Assembly: GCA_017546805.1 (NCBI GenBank)
Contig: JAFYRT010000015.1
Coordinates: 1 to 62,267 of the forward strand
DNA: 62,267 bases
Reading direction: 5' to 3'
Origin: Muribaculaceae bacterium
Lineage (GTDB): Bacteria; Bacteroidota; Bacteroidia; Bacteroidales; G3-4614
The notes beneath the pieces are model-generated. The model did no database searches. It was not told the origin of the DNA and saw nothing but the letters and a program-made list of their open reading frames with translations. This document shows, one piece after another, positions 8,341 to 18,728 of the stretch. The translations under genes and the position numbers were made by a program. Position 1 is the stretch's first letter, and every line of letters begins with the position of its first letter.

Positions 8341-9181
8341 AAATACTATCCCCCTTGTGCACCTCAATTTGTTTCTTTAGGATAGCAATGGTTTGCGATG
8401 CAATGGCTTCATCGCGTTGAAATTTTTTAGTCAGTTTTATAATTTCAGCAAGTTTGTAGCTCTCTACAATTGCCTTACGAGTACTCTTTTCCATAGTGTA
8501 TGAATAGGGCTTTTTACCGTCGTAAGTTACAGTAATTGCAGCTCCTTTCGAGTCAATCACAAATTGAGCAATATCTAAAGTTTTAGGCTCTTTATATGTA
8601 ATTGTCTCAACATTCATGCCGTTGATTTTGTATCTGTAGTTGTTTGCTCCGTCATAAGGAATAACTTCGCTCATGATAAAGGAGCCGTCTTTTAGTGCAA
8701 GTCTGAAACTTTCATGTTGAATAGCTGCACTTCCCGAGTGAACACTTAAGATTTCCAATTTACCATCTTCTGTGACATACACTCTTAAGCACGATTTTGT
8801 TTGACTTGCCTTGTTGGGGTCGTGTTTATATACCAAAGTTCCTGTTGTTTGGTACTCCTCATCTTTTATAAGATCAAAATCTTTAAGCTTAATCTCAGTC
8901 TCTTTTTGCAGAATTCTAAGCATAGAGTCTGCATACACCAATGTCTGCTCGTTAATGGCAAGTTCAGCCTTGCGCGACAGTTGCATACCTCCTCTAATTT
9001 CGTCAAAAGCAGTTGGGTTTACAATTTTAATACTGTCGGTTAGCTCTTTGACTTTTAGGTAGTCGCCAATTTCGTACGACTCTTTAGCTTTAAAATAAAG
9101 GCTGCGAGCCTCTTTGTTGTCGCTGCAAGAGGCGAACAACAGAGAGGCTGCAACTACTATTCCGAAAAATATATTTTTCAT
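8339..9181 (-). CDS. hypothetical lipoprotein
   Basis: Lipobox LFASC, 280-aa ORF. Confidence 0.75.
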   Translation of the reverse strand: MKNIFFGIVVAASLLFASCSDNKEARSLYFKAKESYEIGDYLKVKELTDSIKIVNPTAFDEIRGGMQLSRKAELAINEQTLVYADSMLRILQKETEIKLKDFDLIKDEEYQTTGTLVYKHDPNKASQTKSCLRVYVTEDGKLEILSVHSGSAAIQHESFRLALKDGSFIMSEVIPYDGANNYRYKINGMNVETITYKEPKTLDIAQFVIDSKGAAITVTYDGKKPYSYTMEKSTRKAIVESYKLAEIIKLTKKFQRDEAIASQTIAILKKQIEVHKGDSI

Positions 9182-9222
9182 TAATTTTATATATATTTTT
9201 ATTACAAACCACTTATGGTTTT

Positions 9223-10746
9223 TTACAAGTGTGTTTCGCGAAGAAGATCGTTTACGGTCTTAACAGGGTTAAATGTTGAGATGGGAACTTCAACGAATAT
9301 AGTGTTCCAATCCGACATTGCTCCGTTCCACAAACCGGGACGTTCCAATGCTTTAAGTACTTTTCCGCTTTTCGATTTCTCAGATATAAAACCTGTGTTT
9401 TTATCAATAAAGTCAGGAAGGTTATAGTGATTGCCGTTCCAATCTCTTACCGAGCAAACAAGATCAACGGGGTTAAAGTGCGAACCACCCTCAAATGCAG
9501 TTTTTGATTCGGCATGAGCCATGTTGATTTGGCTGCTTTCCAAAATTTGGGGAGAGTAAGTACCATCTTCATTGTATGCTAAGAATGGGCCACCTCCTGG
9601 CTCTCCAATGTTTTTAACCATACCACAAACACGTAGAGGTCGGTTTAGTTTTTTCAATAGGTACATTGCGAGGTCGCTATCCTCCATTTGTTTAATTTCA
9701 GGATTTTTAGTGCAAAGCTCTTTTTGTACAAATTGAATAATTTCGCGTAGGTCATCAATAGTGTAATTTCCGCTTTCAAGAAGTTTACCATATGCAAAAA
9801 TCTTTTCACGAGCTTCAGCCAAAACTCCTGCCAATACTTTTTTGTATAGTACAGTGTCAGCTTTGAATGAGTCGGGAACTACGTTGTCTATGTTTTTTAC
9901 AAATATCACGTCGGCATCAATCTCGTTAAGGTTTTCAATTAACGAGCCATGACCTCCCGGACGGAACAAAAGAGCTCCGTTTTCTCTGAATGGTTGATTC
10001 TCTCCGTCAGCTGCAATAGTATCAGTTTCGGGCTTTTGTTCTGAAAAAGAGATATTGTATTTTACGCCAAACTCTTTTTCGTATGCAGGAACAACTCTTT
10101 CTGTCAACTCTTTAAAGAAAGGCATGTGATCGTGCGAAACGGTAAAGTGGATGTTTACTGTTGCATCGCCGTTTTTAGCATACAAAGCACCTTCAACAAG
10201 ATGTTCTTCCATAGCAGCACGAGAAGCAGTGGGGTAGTTGTGGAATAGAAGTAAACCTTTTGGTAACCAACCATAATTCAACCCTTTTTCAGCAAGAAGG
10301 TTTTCAACTACGCTTTTGTATTTACCGTCAGCCATAAGAGAATCAATGTCTGCACCCTCATTTTTTTGACACATTTCGTTTAGTGCATTATAGAATGCAA
10401 ATGTTTTAATGTGTGTAAAAAAGTTTTTCTCAAAAGAACTCTCAGGAGTATCGTAATCGGCATCCAAGAATCCGAATAAATCTTTAAACATACGGCTTGC
10501 AGCGCCAGAAGCAGGAACAAATTTTACGCTTTTTACCCCTTCCTCAATGAGTTTATCCCATTTCTCGGCATATGCCTCGGCAGAGTCGTTTAATTGTTTG
10601 ATTCCGCTACCAAGTGACGCGCTGTTTTCGAGTTTTAGGTATGGAAATCCTTTTTTGAAACACTCCAATTGCTCCTCAACTGTTTCTACAGTCATTCCTT
10701 TTGCTTCGATTTGAGCAAGATCTTCTTGTGAAAAACAATACTTCAT
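9223..10746 (-). CDS. DUF4301 family protein (nucleotidyltransferase-like)
   Basis: KFVPASGAASRMFK, FRPGGHG, KNIDNV, GEPGGGPF, LERPGLWNGAM. Confidence 0.88.
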   Translation of the reverse strand: MKYCFSQEDLAQIEAKGMTVETVEEQLECFKKGFPYLKLENSASLGSGIKQLNDSAEAYAEKWDKLIEEGVKSVKFVPASGAASRMFKDLFGFLDADYDTPESSFEKNFFTHIKTFAFYNALNEMCQKNEGADIDSLMADGKYKSVVENLLAEKGLNYGWLPKGLLLFHNYPTASRAAMEEHLVEGALYAKNGDATVNIHFTVSHDHMPFFKELTERVVPAYEKEFGVKYNISFSEQKPETDTIAADGENQPFRENGALLFRPGGHGSLIENLNEIDADVIFVKNIDNVVPDSFKADTVLYKKVLAGVLAEAREKIFAYGKLLESGNYTIDDLREIIQFVQKELCTKNPEIKQMEDSDLAMYLLKKLNRPLRVCGMVKNIGEPGGGPFLAYNEDGTYSPQILESSQINMAHAESKTAFEGGSHFNPVDLVCSVRDWNGNHYNLPDFIDKNTGFISEKSKSGKVLKALERPGLWNGAMSDWNTIFVEVPISTFNPVKTVNDLLRETHL

Positions 10747-10925
10747 ATCCTTTATGTTTTAAATTATTGATATTCATAGCAGTGCGAAAAATCTGTATAA
10801 GGTTGTCTTAATTATGCCTTCATCCTACAAATTATTTCATCTCCAAATATACAAAATTAACCTTATATAATTTTATGTTATAAGAAAAAACTCTATATTT
10901 GAGAAGATTTTATTGAAACACACTT

Positions 10926-13142
10926 ATGCAAAGTCAAGAATTGATGTTCTCGGCAGAGGAAAAGATAGAATTTTTACACTCATATTTAGAGTTGCGACGT
11001 CAGACCCGTTCACTTATAAATGAAAGTGAATTTGAGAAACTACGTCATATCATCTCCGAAGCTACGGCAAAAGACCAATATGGACGAGATCGCAACGGAA
11101 ACAGCATATTGTTGCGAAATTTCAATACGGCACTTATCCTCTCAAAAGAGGTTGGCTTGGATCGTTCCACGCTTCTTTCTATTTTGCTATACAATGTTGT
11201 GGCCCACAAAAGTCGTACTATTGAATATATCGAAAAGGAGTTTGGATGCGACGTGGCCGCTATAATATCGCACCTTATAAAAACCGAGAGCCTATATTCA
11301 AAACATGCAACTGTTCAAAGCGATAACTTCAGAAAATTACTTTTGTCGTTTGCCAACGATGCGAGGGTGATAATAATACTTATTGCCGATAACCTATGTT
11401 TGATGCGAATGATAAACCATCACCCCGACAATAACTATCGATTAAGCATTGCAAGCGAAGCATCATACCTATATGCCCCATTGGCACACCGTTTGGGATT
11501 GTATAAGATAAAATCAGAACTTGAAGACCTCTCGTTGAAATATACAAATCGCGAGGTGTTCTCCTCAATTGCATCAAAACTTACTCAAACAAAAGAGAAG
11601 CGTCAAAAATATATAGAGTCGTTTATATCGCCCATAAGAGAAAAGCTTATAAAAGAGGGGTATAAATTTGAGATGAAAGGTAGAACAAAATCTATCTACT
11701 CGATATACAACAAGATGAAAAAGCAAAAGGCCGAGTTTGAAGATATTTATGACCTTTTTGCTATCAGAATAATTTTGGATACTCCATTGGAGCGAGAAAA
11801 ATCGGATTGCTGGAGAATATTCTCTATTATAGCCGACATGTATAAACCCAATCCCTCACGAATGCGCGATTGGTTAACCATACCTAAAAGCAACGGATAT
11901 GAATCGTTACACATAACAGTGTGGGGGCCTGAAGACCGTTGGGTAGAGGTGCAGATTCGCACCAAACGCATGGACGAGATTGCGGAGAATGGCTTGGCCG
12001 CGCATTGGCGATATAAAGGAGTTAAGAGCGAAAGCGGATTGGACGATTGGCTAAACAGTATGCGCGACATATTGGAATCGTCTGATGACAAAGATGCTCT
12101 TGAACTTGTGAAAGACTTTAGTAAGGATGATTACGATAAAGAGGTATTTGTCTTCTCTCCCAAAGGCGATTTGTATAAACTAACCAAAGGAGCTACAGTT
12201 TTGGACTTTGCTTACCTTGTTCACACAAACATTGGAAACAAGTGTGTGGGGGCAAAGGTTGACGAGAAAAATCAATCGTTGAGATACCAAATAAAGAGTG
12301 GTGATACTATTGAAATTTTGACATCACCACAACAAAAACCAAAACAAGATTGGTTGAATATAGCAACACAAACACGCACAAAACAGAAGATACGTCAGGC
12401 ACTGAAAGAGGCGGAGAATCGTGAAGCCGAGTATGGAAAAGAGATGTTCTTCCGTCGCTTGAAAAACAAAAAAATAGAACTTGATGAGGCTGCCTTAACA
12501 CAACTGATAAAGAAATCGGGATTTAAGACAGCAACAAAATTCTTCTCAACCGTTGCGCAGGATAAGATAGACATAAACTCTACGATAGATAAGTTTGTGC
12601 AGATAAGTCGTGAAAACGATGAGGATAACATCCATCAACGTTCGGCAGAAAATTTTGTTCCGCAGACACCTGTTCAGCAACAAACAAAAGAGGATGTGTT
12701 GGTGATTGATGGCTCGTTGAAGGATATAGAGTATAAACTGTCTAAGTGTTGCAACCCTATATATGGCGATGAGATATTTGGATTTGTAAACTCGCAGGGA
12801 GGAATAAAAATACATAGAATGGATTGTCCTAATGCCGCTGATTTGCGAGGACGCTTTGGCTATCGAGTAGTCCCTGCAAAATGGTCTGGCAAGCATGGCT
12901 CTCAATATGTGGTTGTATTACGTGTTGTAGGAAACGATGATATAGGAATTGTTACAAACATAACATCAATAATATCGAAAGAGAGTGGGGTGGCGATGCG
13001 AAGCATATCAATCGATTCAAATGATGGACTGTTTCAGGGCCACATAACCGTGATGGTAAACCATGTGCCGGCGCTGAATGCTTTGATAAAGAAATTGAAA
13101 ACTGTAAAAGGAGTCAAAAACGTAGAGAGAACAACAGAATAA
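10926..13142 (+). CDS. relA: RelA/SpoT family (p)ppGpp synthetase with TGS and ACT domains
   Basis: APLAHRLG, GRTKSIYSI, PKSNGYESLH, EVQIRT, AAHWRYK; HD motif replaced by YN. Confidence 0.9.
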   Translation: MQSQELMFSAEEKIEFLHSYLELRRQTRSLINESEFEKLRHIISEATAKDQYGRDRNGNSILLRNFNTALILSKEVGLDRSTLLSILLYNVVAHKSRTIEYIEKEFGCDVAAIISHLIKTESLYSKHATVQSDNFRKLLLSFANDARVIIILIADNLCLMRMINHHPDNNYRLSIASEASYLYAPLAHRLGLYKIKSELEDLSLKYTNREVFSSIASKLTQTKEKRQKYIESFISPIREKLIKEGYKFEMKGRTKSIYSIYNKMKKQKAEFEDIYDLFAIRIILDTPLEREKSDCWRIFSIIADMYKPNPSRMRDWLTIPKSNGYESLHITVWGPEDRWVEVQIRTKRMDEIAENGLAAHWRYKGVKSESGLDDWLNSMRDILESSDDKDALELVKDFSKDDYDKEVFVFSPKGDLYKLTKGATVLDFAYLVHTNIGNKCVGAKVDEKNQSLRYQIKSGDTIEILTSPQQKPKQDWLNIATQTRTKQKIRQALKEAENREAEYGKEMFFRRLKNKKIELDEAALTQLIKKSGFKTATKFFSTVAQDKIDINSTIDKFVQISRENDEDNIHQRSAENFVPQTPVQQQTKEDVLVIDGSLKDIEYKLSKCCNPIYGDEIFGFVNSQGGIKIHRMDCPNAADLRGRFGYRVVPAKWSGKHGSQYVVVLRVVGNDDIGIVTNITSIISKESGVAMRSISIDSNDGLFQGHITVMVNHVPALNALIKKLKTVKGVKNVERTTE

Positions 13143-13143
13143 G

Positions 13144-13185
13144 AGTTGTTAGTTGTTAGTTGTTAGTTTGTTAGTTGTTAGTTAG
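13144..13185. repeat. AGTTGTT heptamer tandem repeat
   Basis: agttgtt repeated about 5 times directly after the relA stop. Confidence 0.8.
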
Positions 13186-13211
13186 GCAACACTCTAATTA
13201 TAAAGTAAAAT

Positions 13212-14435
13212 ATGAAAAAAGGAAGGTTGATAAAGTGGCTGGTAGCCATTGTAATCATTACAGGATTGGTAATATGGGTAAACTCACGTTGGAGTGTTTG
13301 GTTTGGCGATTTACCAGAGCCTGAATATAAGGTGGAGAATAAGATTTCTCGACTTTTGATGACCTACGGAGCAGAAGGAGAGGAGTCGCGAACCTTTACT
13401 TGGATGTGTGGTGAGACTCTACAACCTGCAGTTTTTGAACTTGCAGTACTTGGAGATACAATACACTTTGAGGGTGAAGGCGAGGTTTATGAATCTCGTT
13501 CGGGTAAGGCTGCATATTATAAAACCACAATTCAATCACTTCCGCAAGGATTGAATTATAGCTATAGAGTAGTACATCCATTCGATACAACAGAGTGGTA
13601 TTCGTTTGAAGTTCCTCTTAAAAACGATAATCGTACATTTATATTTTTAGGGGATGTTCAAGACGATTATACAGGTGTAACCACAAAAATATTTTCAGAG
13701 ATATTTGAGCTATACCCTGATGTCGATTTTTACCTCTTTGGTGGAGATGTAATTGAGCGACCAATGTCCGCCTATTGGGATTATTGGTTCTCTTCAATGC
13801 AAGATATACCAAAAGTAAAACCAATTTTGGCAGCAGCAGGAAATCATGAATATCTTAAATCGTTACCGCGTCATCTCGAGGATAGATTCGGATTGGTCTT
13901 TCCATATGCCGCTGCAGAAAATAATAAAGGGAATGCTCTATTCTCTGTTGAACTTGGTGATGCTCAATTCTTTTTGTTGGACTCAAATAAAGACTTTTGG
14001 AAATATTTCTATCAAAGAGCGTGGTTAAAAGATGAATTGAAAAATAGCAACGCACAATGGCAAATAGTGGTGCAACATCATCCCATATATTCTGTAAAAG
14101 GACATTTTAATCAATTATTGCAACGCATGGCATTTAACCCTGTAATTAAAAAGAGGGGAGTGGATTTGGTGTTGCAAGGACACGAACATGCCTATATGAG
14201 AACCTCAGATAAAATGGACGATGGTTCGTTGCAGTCACCTGTCTATATAACATCGCACTGTTCGCCCAAAAACTATAAAATATCGTATATGTCTGATTAT
14301 ACCATAACCGATAGCAAAGATAGATATTATCAATTAATCTCATACGACTCTGAAAAAATAGTTGTTGAGAGTTACAATTCTCAACACGAACAAATTGATA
14401 GAATTGAAATTCTTTCCACAGGAGAGGTGTTATAA
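13212..14435 (+). CDS. purple acid phosphatase-like metallophosphoesterase
   Basis: GDVQ, GGDVI, GNHEY, HHPIY, GHEH motifs; N-terminal anchor and FN3-like domain. Confidence 0.85.
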   Translation: MKKGRLIKWLVAIVIITGLVIWVNSRWSVWFGDLPEPEYKVENKISRLLMTYGAEGEESRTFTWMCGETLQPAVFELAVLGDTIHFEGEGEVYESRSGKAAYYKTTIQSLPQGLNYSYRVVHPFDTTEWYSFEVPLKNDNRTFIFLGDVQDDYTGVTTKIFSEIFELYPDVDFYLFGGDVIERPMSAYWDYWFSSMQDIPKVKPILAAAGNHEYLKSLPRHLEDRFGLVFPYAAAENNKGNALFSVELGDAQFFLLDSNKDFWKYFYQRAWLKDELKNSNAQWQIVVQHHPIYSVKGHFNQLLQRMAFNPVIKKRGVDLVLQGHEHAYMRTSDKMDDGSLQSPVYITSHCSPKNYKISYMSDYTITDSKDRYYQLISYDSEKIVVESYNSQHEQIDRIEILSTGEVL

Positions 14436-14469
14436 AAGAAATGGCGACTAAATTGTCGCCATTTTCTTG
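14436..14469. terminator. bidirectional terminator
   Basis: AAATGGCGAC-loop-GTCGCCATTT between convergent genes. Confidence 0.7.
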
Positions 14470-14485
14470 TTTTAAGAATAGAATA

Positions 14486-16222
14486 TTACCTTTTATTTGC
14501 AAAAGCGCTATACAGGTCTTGTGAGATATTAATAATATAATCTCCCATTCTTTCAAGATGGTTTATAATATCCAGGTAATAAACACTTGTTTGGTAATTT
14601 TTTCTGTTGTTTTCAATATCTTCAATTTCCGTATCACGGAGTTCATTTCGTAACTCATTTATGCGATCTTCTGCATTGTAAGCATTGTTTATGTCTGTTA
14701 ATCCACCTTTGTGAGCAATTGTTAGATTATCAATCATAACTTGGTATGCATTGTCAACACAATTGATAAGTTCCTCAACTTTTTTGATGGTGTCTGCATC
14801 GAATCTCTTTTTATGGATATTTCTTCTTGATAGAATACGACTTATAGTGTCTCCTGAATCTCCGAGTGATTCCAACTCCCCAATAATTTTATACATAGCT
14901 TTAACTTTTGCAGAGGTTGTTTCGCTTATGTCTCCTACCGATAGAGCATTTAAGAAAGTTGCAATCTCTAATTCTATCCTATCAGAAATCTCTTCGTATT
15001 TCACCAATTTATTTCGTAACTCTGTAAACTTATCATTGTCTGTCTCTCCAATAATTGATTTTGTAAATCCAAGACCTCTTCTTGATATTTCGGCAAAATG
15101 AATAATCTCTTTAAATGCTTGCTCTGTTGCAAGTTCAGGAGTTGATAATGGACCTGCCGATATATATTTTAGTCTGAAAATCTCGCTTTCTTGGTTTTTA
15201 GGACTCTTTATAATCCATGTAACCGCCTTTTCGATGTATCTTATAAACCAAACCAAAATGAAGGTGTTTATGGTGTTAAACAGAGTGTGCAACATTGATA
15301 GTCCGTAAAGTGCGGCAACACTTGTCGCAGCATCTGTAGAGGTAACGCTAAAGTTGTCTGCCGCAGGATTCGGTAATCCGAAAAGCTCAATAACGCTTCC
15401 GACAAGTGCAAGGAATGGGGTAAAAAATATTAATGCCCATACAACTCCAAATAGATTGAAAATGGTGTGCGACATTGCTGCTCTTTTTGCTTGAGTGTTA
15501 CCTATCGATGCCGCAATATTTGCTGTGATTGTAGTACCGATATTCTCTCCCAATACCATTGCACATGCCATGTTAAACGGAATCCATCCCATGCTTAGCA
15601 TGATAAGAGTAATGGCCATGGTTGCTGATGATGATTGTAGTACAAGTGTAAGAATTGTACCGAAAGCAAGGAATATTAAAACCGAAGTAAATCCATAACT
15701 CGACCATGTTTTTACAAAATCCAATACCTCGGGGGTTGAATTTAGATCAGGAACCGATTCTTTCATAAATGAAAGTCCGAGGAATAGAAGACAGAAGCCC
15801 ACTATCAATTCTCCAATATTTTGTCTTTGGTTCTTTTTTGAGTTTGAGAACAAGAATCCAAACAGCATCAAAGGAATAGCAAGGATTGAAATGTCTGCTT
15901 TAAATCCTAACCATGCGACAAGCCATGCAGTAACGGTGGTACCGATATTGGCACCCATAATAACTCCGATTGCTTGATATAGAGTAAGTAATCCTGCATT
16001 GACAAAACTGACAACCATAACGGTTGTTGCCGATGAGGATTGAATTATTGAAGTAATTCCAACTCCTGTCAGCACCCCTTTGAATGGATTGGATGTCATT
16101 GCTGACAGAAAACCACGTAGTTTATCTCCAGAAGCTTTTTGAAGGCCCGAACTCATTAAGTTCATTCCGTAAAGGAACATGCCGAGAGCTCCTAATAATG
16201 TGAAAATTTGAAGAATTCCCAT
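14486..16222 (-). CDS. Na+/phosphate cotransporter with PhoU-like C-terminus
   Basis: Two QSSSAT repeats, GANIGTT/GENIGTT, LERMGDY. Confidence 0.92.
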   Translation of the reverse strand: MGILQIFTLLGALGMFLYGMNLMSSGLQKASGDKLRGFLSAMTSNPFKGVLTGVGITSIIQSSSATTVMVVSFVNAGLLTLYQAIGVIMGANIGTTVTAWLVAWLGFKADISILAIPLMLFGFLFSNSKKNQRQNIGELIVGFCLLFLGLSFMKESVPDLNSTPEVLDFVKTWSSYGFTSVLIFLAFGTILTLVLQSSSATMAITLIMLSMGWIPFNMACAMVLGENIGTTITANIAASIGNTQAKRAAMSHTIFNLFGVVWALIFFTPFLALVGSVIELFGLPNPAADNFSVTSTDAATSVAALYGLSMLHTLFNTINTFILVWFIRYIEKAVTWIIKSPKNQESEIFRLKYISAGPLSTPELATEQAFKEIIHFAEISRRGLGFTKSIIGETDNDKFTELRNKLVKYEEISDRIELEIATFLNALSVGDISETTSAKVKAMYKIIGELESLGDSGDTISRILSRRNIHKKRFDADTIKKVEELINCVDNAYQVMIDNLTIAHKGGLTDINNAYNAEDRINELRNELRDTEIEDIENNRKNYQTSVYYLDIINHLERMGDYIINISQDLYSAFANKR

Positions 16223-16269
16223 AAATTTATAGATATAAAGTTTATAAATAATCTTTCTGTAAACTTGAA

Positions 16270-16728
16270 TTATTTAATAAGATTTTTAATTTGAGCTATT
16301 TCGTATTCCCCCATACTTGTACACGGACTATATTGAAAAGGAATATATTCAAGAAGTTGGATGTATGCCTTTTGAGTGGATTTGCTGTAAAATATCACCA
16401 ATCTTAAATCCTGACCGTTTCCGTTTTCAGAGATGTTTATTGTATTGGGGTCTGATTTTAGTGCGGCAATGATAGTGGGTTTCATCTTTTGTTGAAATGA
16501 TAACTCGCGTTTTAAATATAACTCCCCACTTTCACTCTCTTTGTATGCTCTTTTTAGTACAAAGGCGAGAACGATGCCTAAAATAATCAGTGAGTATCCT
16601 CCAAAAACAACTCCAATACCGTTAAACGCAAATGAAATTACGGCTCCTGTAATTATGAGAGATAAGGATATAATAATATCTTTAATTGTACGAACTTTTA
16701 TGAAATTCTTTTCCATTTTATTTATCAT
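16270..16728 (-). CDS. hypothetical membrane protein (2 TM)
   Basis: Two hydrophobic segments; co-oriented with the Na/Pi transporter. Confidence 0.65.
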   Translation of the reverse strand: MINKMEKNFIKVRTIKDIIISLSLIITGAVISFAFNGIGVVFGGYSLIILGIVLAFVLKRAYKESESGELYLKRELSFQQKMKPTIIAALKSDPNTINISENGNGQDLRLVIFYSKSTQKAYIQLLEYIPFQYSPCTSMGEYEIAQIKNLIK

Positions 16729-16865
16729 TTAGTTTGTGTATAATTTTATATTTCAGCAACATTACATAAATAATGTGCTTTTTATTTTGTTTATGACAAG
16801 TAGTGCGATATCTTCCACTAATGAGCAGAGATACCACATAAACTAAGATTTGTGTAAACTAAGGG

Positions 16866-17273
16866 CTAAATGATAAGTTTGCCAAATCTAATCAGCATCT
16901 GATTTTGATTGACAAAAAATTGATTTGGAGTTAAGGATGAGTTTATAATGTATTGACTAAAGTAGGGATTGATTATTTTACCCTCTTTGTCTAATTCAAA
17001 ATTGTTTCGGTTTGTTGTATTTACTCTTTTTGAAGGAGATTGTCGAAGTGCAACCGCGGATATAGATTGTGGTGGCAGACAAAATTCCGAGTTAATCTCT
17101 ATCGAATCGGTATAATACGAAACGTCTTCTGTTTCAATATTATCTGAGTATATCTTCGAGGTTGTGGTATTTGATTGCTCTTCCGCTGCGATGAGACTTA
17201 TCGCAACGAATATAAATGGAATTATATATTTAAGTAGTTTTATCACAAATAATAAACAATATTCCTTATGCAA
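16866..17273 (-). CDS. hypothetical exported protein
   Basis: 135-aa ORF with hydrophobic N-terminus; start uncertain. Confidence 0.5.
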   Translation of the reverse strand: MHKEYCLLFVIKLLKYIIPFIFVAISLIAAEEQSNTTTSKIYSDNIETEDVSYYTDSIEINSEFCLPPQSISAVALRQSPSKRVNTTNRNNFELDKEGKIINPYFSQYIINSSLTPNQFFVNQNQMLIRFGKLII

Positions 17274-17409
17274 ATATAGTCAAAGAAATTTAATTGCTAA
17301 AATTTATGGGTTGAGAATAGCTGTTTATTCGTATGAAAAAAAAACTAACGAGGCTTTAGCCCCGTTAGTTAAGATAAATATGTGTTATACTATTTTGTCT
17401 TCTGTTTTT

Positions 17410-17874
17410 TTAAAATTCATCATTTGCATACAGATAGTCAAAAGTTGCCAATTTGTAATCGAAAATCTCTTCGGCTTTGAAGAAACGTTTCAATTCAGCC
17501 TCAGCTGTTTCGGGAGAGTCCGATGCGTGAACAATGTTCTCTTGGAAGCTCATGCTGAAATCGCCACGAATTGTTCCTGCGGGAGCTTTACGGCCTGTTG
17601 TGGGACCTGTAATGGTTCTTACCGCCTCAATGGCATCAACACCCTCATAGCAACATACAATAACGGGGCAAGTCATCATTGAGTCTTTTACTCTTTGAAA
17701 GAAAGGTTTGCTACTTAAGTGAGAGTAATGCTCGCTTAATACATCGTCGGTAAGTTGAACCATCTTCATACCGCAGAGTCTCAAACCTTTTTGCTCAAAG
17801 CGTTTTGTAACTTCGCCAATCAAACCTCTTTGTACAGTACAAGGCTTTAAAATAACAAGAGTTTTTTCTAACAT
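17410..17874 (-). CDS. ndk: nucleoside diphosphate kinase
   Basis: LKP...RGLIGE, GTIRGDF, NIVHASDS. Confidence 0.97.
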   Translation of the reverse strand: MLEKTLVILKPCTVQRGLIGEVTKRFEQKGLRLCGMKMVQLTDDVLSEHYSHLSSKPFFQRVKDSMMTCPVIVCCYEGVDAIEAVRTITGPTTGRKAPAGTIRGDFSMSFQENIVHASDSPETAEAELKRFFKAEEIFDYKLATFDYLYANDEF

Positions 17875-18067
17875 GATTATTTATGTTTTAGATTTATAAA
17901 ATGCTTAAAATAAAATTTTTATAAAGGTATAAATTTATTTTTATATAAGATAATTTTATGAGTAAATAATTTTAAGAAGATTAATTCGGTGCATGAATAT
18001 AAGATTACGGATAATAAAAAAAGCTGCACCAAGTGGTACAGCTTTCGTATATTTGAGATTTGTTTTT

Positions 18068-18625
18068 TTAGTATCCTCCGTTATCCTCACTAAAGTCCAT
18101 GTCGCTGAAGCCATCAGTATCCAACTCGTCAGGATTGTATCCGTTTTCAATACCAAAGTCATCCTCGTCAATGTCAATAGAAGATGTTGCTGCCATTTTT
18201 TTATCCAACTCTTCAATTGACATAACTTGTTTGGGTGCTTTACCCTTAACCTTAGTACATAGAGGGTCTAACAAATTTTTACCCAACTCGATTTCTCTCA
18301 ACTCCATAAAGAACGAACGATCTGCCATCATATCAAATACAAAAAGCATACGTTGGTGTTCATCCTCAATCAACTCACTCAAACGAGTATCTTCCATCAA
18401 CCATACATCCTCATCAGAAGATGAGTCCATCTCTATAAGAGTGACTTCTTCTCTCTTTTCCCAATTGTCTTCACAAATAAAGAATGATGTCAATTGGTCT
18501 TTTGTGTAATTTACCGATTCCAAAATAGCATCATTCAATTCCAAGAATGTAGCCTCAGAGTCAATGCATATTTCTCTTGAAAAGGTCTCTACCTCGTCTG
18601 AAAGTAATAAAAACTTGTATATCAT
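18068..18625 (-). CDS. conserved Bacteroidetes protein (pRiA4b ORF-3-like), acidic tail
   Basis: F.REI.IDS.ATFL.L..AIL pattern, FVFD. Confidence 0.7.
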   Translation of the reverse strand: MIYKFLLLSDEVETFSREICIDSEATFLELNDAILESVNYTKDQLTSFFICEDNWEKREEVTLIEMDSSSDEDVWLMEDTRLSELIEDEHQRMLFVFDMMADRSFFMELREIELGKNLLDPLCTKVKGKAPKQVMSIEELDKKMAATSSIDIDEDDFGIENGYNPDELDTDGFSDMDFSEDNGGY

Positions 18626-18728
18626 AAAATTTCTATTTAATCTCTTAATTAAGTTCTAATTTTAAGACAAAGTTATGTAATACCTCTTAAATAGACAATA
18701 TCTTTGGGTATAATTTTATGCTAAAAAA

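Noticed and set aside
17164-17682. 172-aa plus-strand ORF
   Set aside because: Antisense shadow of ndk and the intergenic region
18068-18625. Mobile-element gene (family sometimes labelled as an IS passenger or plasmid ORF)
   Set aside because: Sits in a housekeeping context with no transposase or terminal repeats
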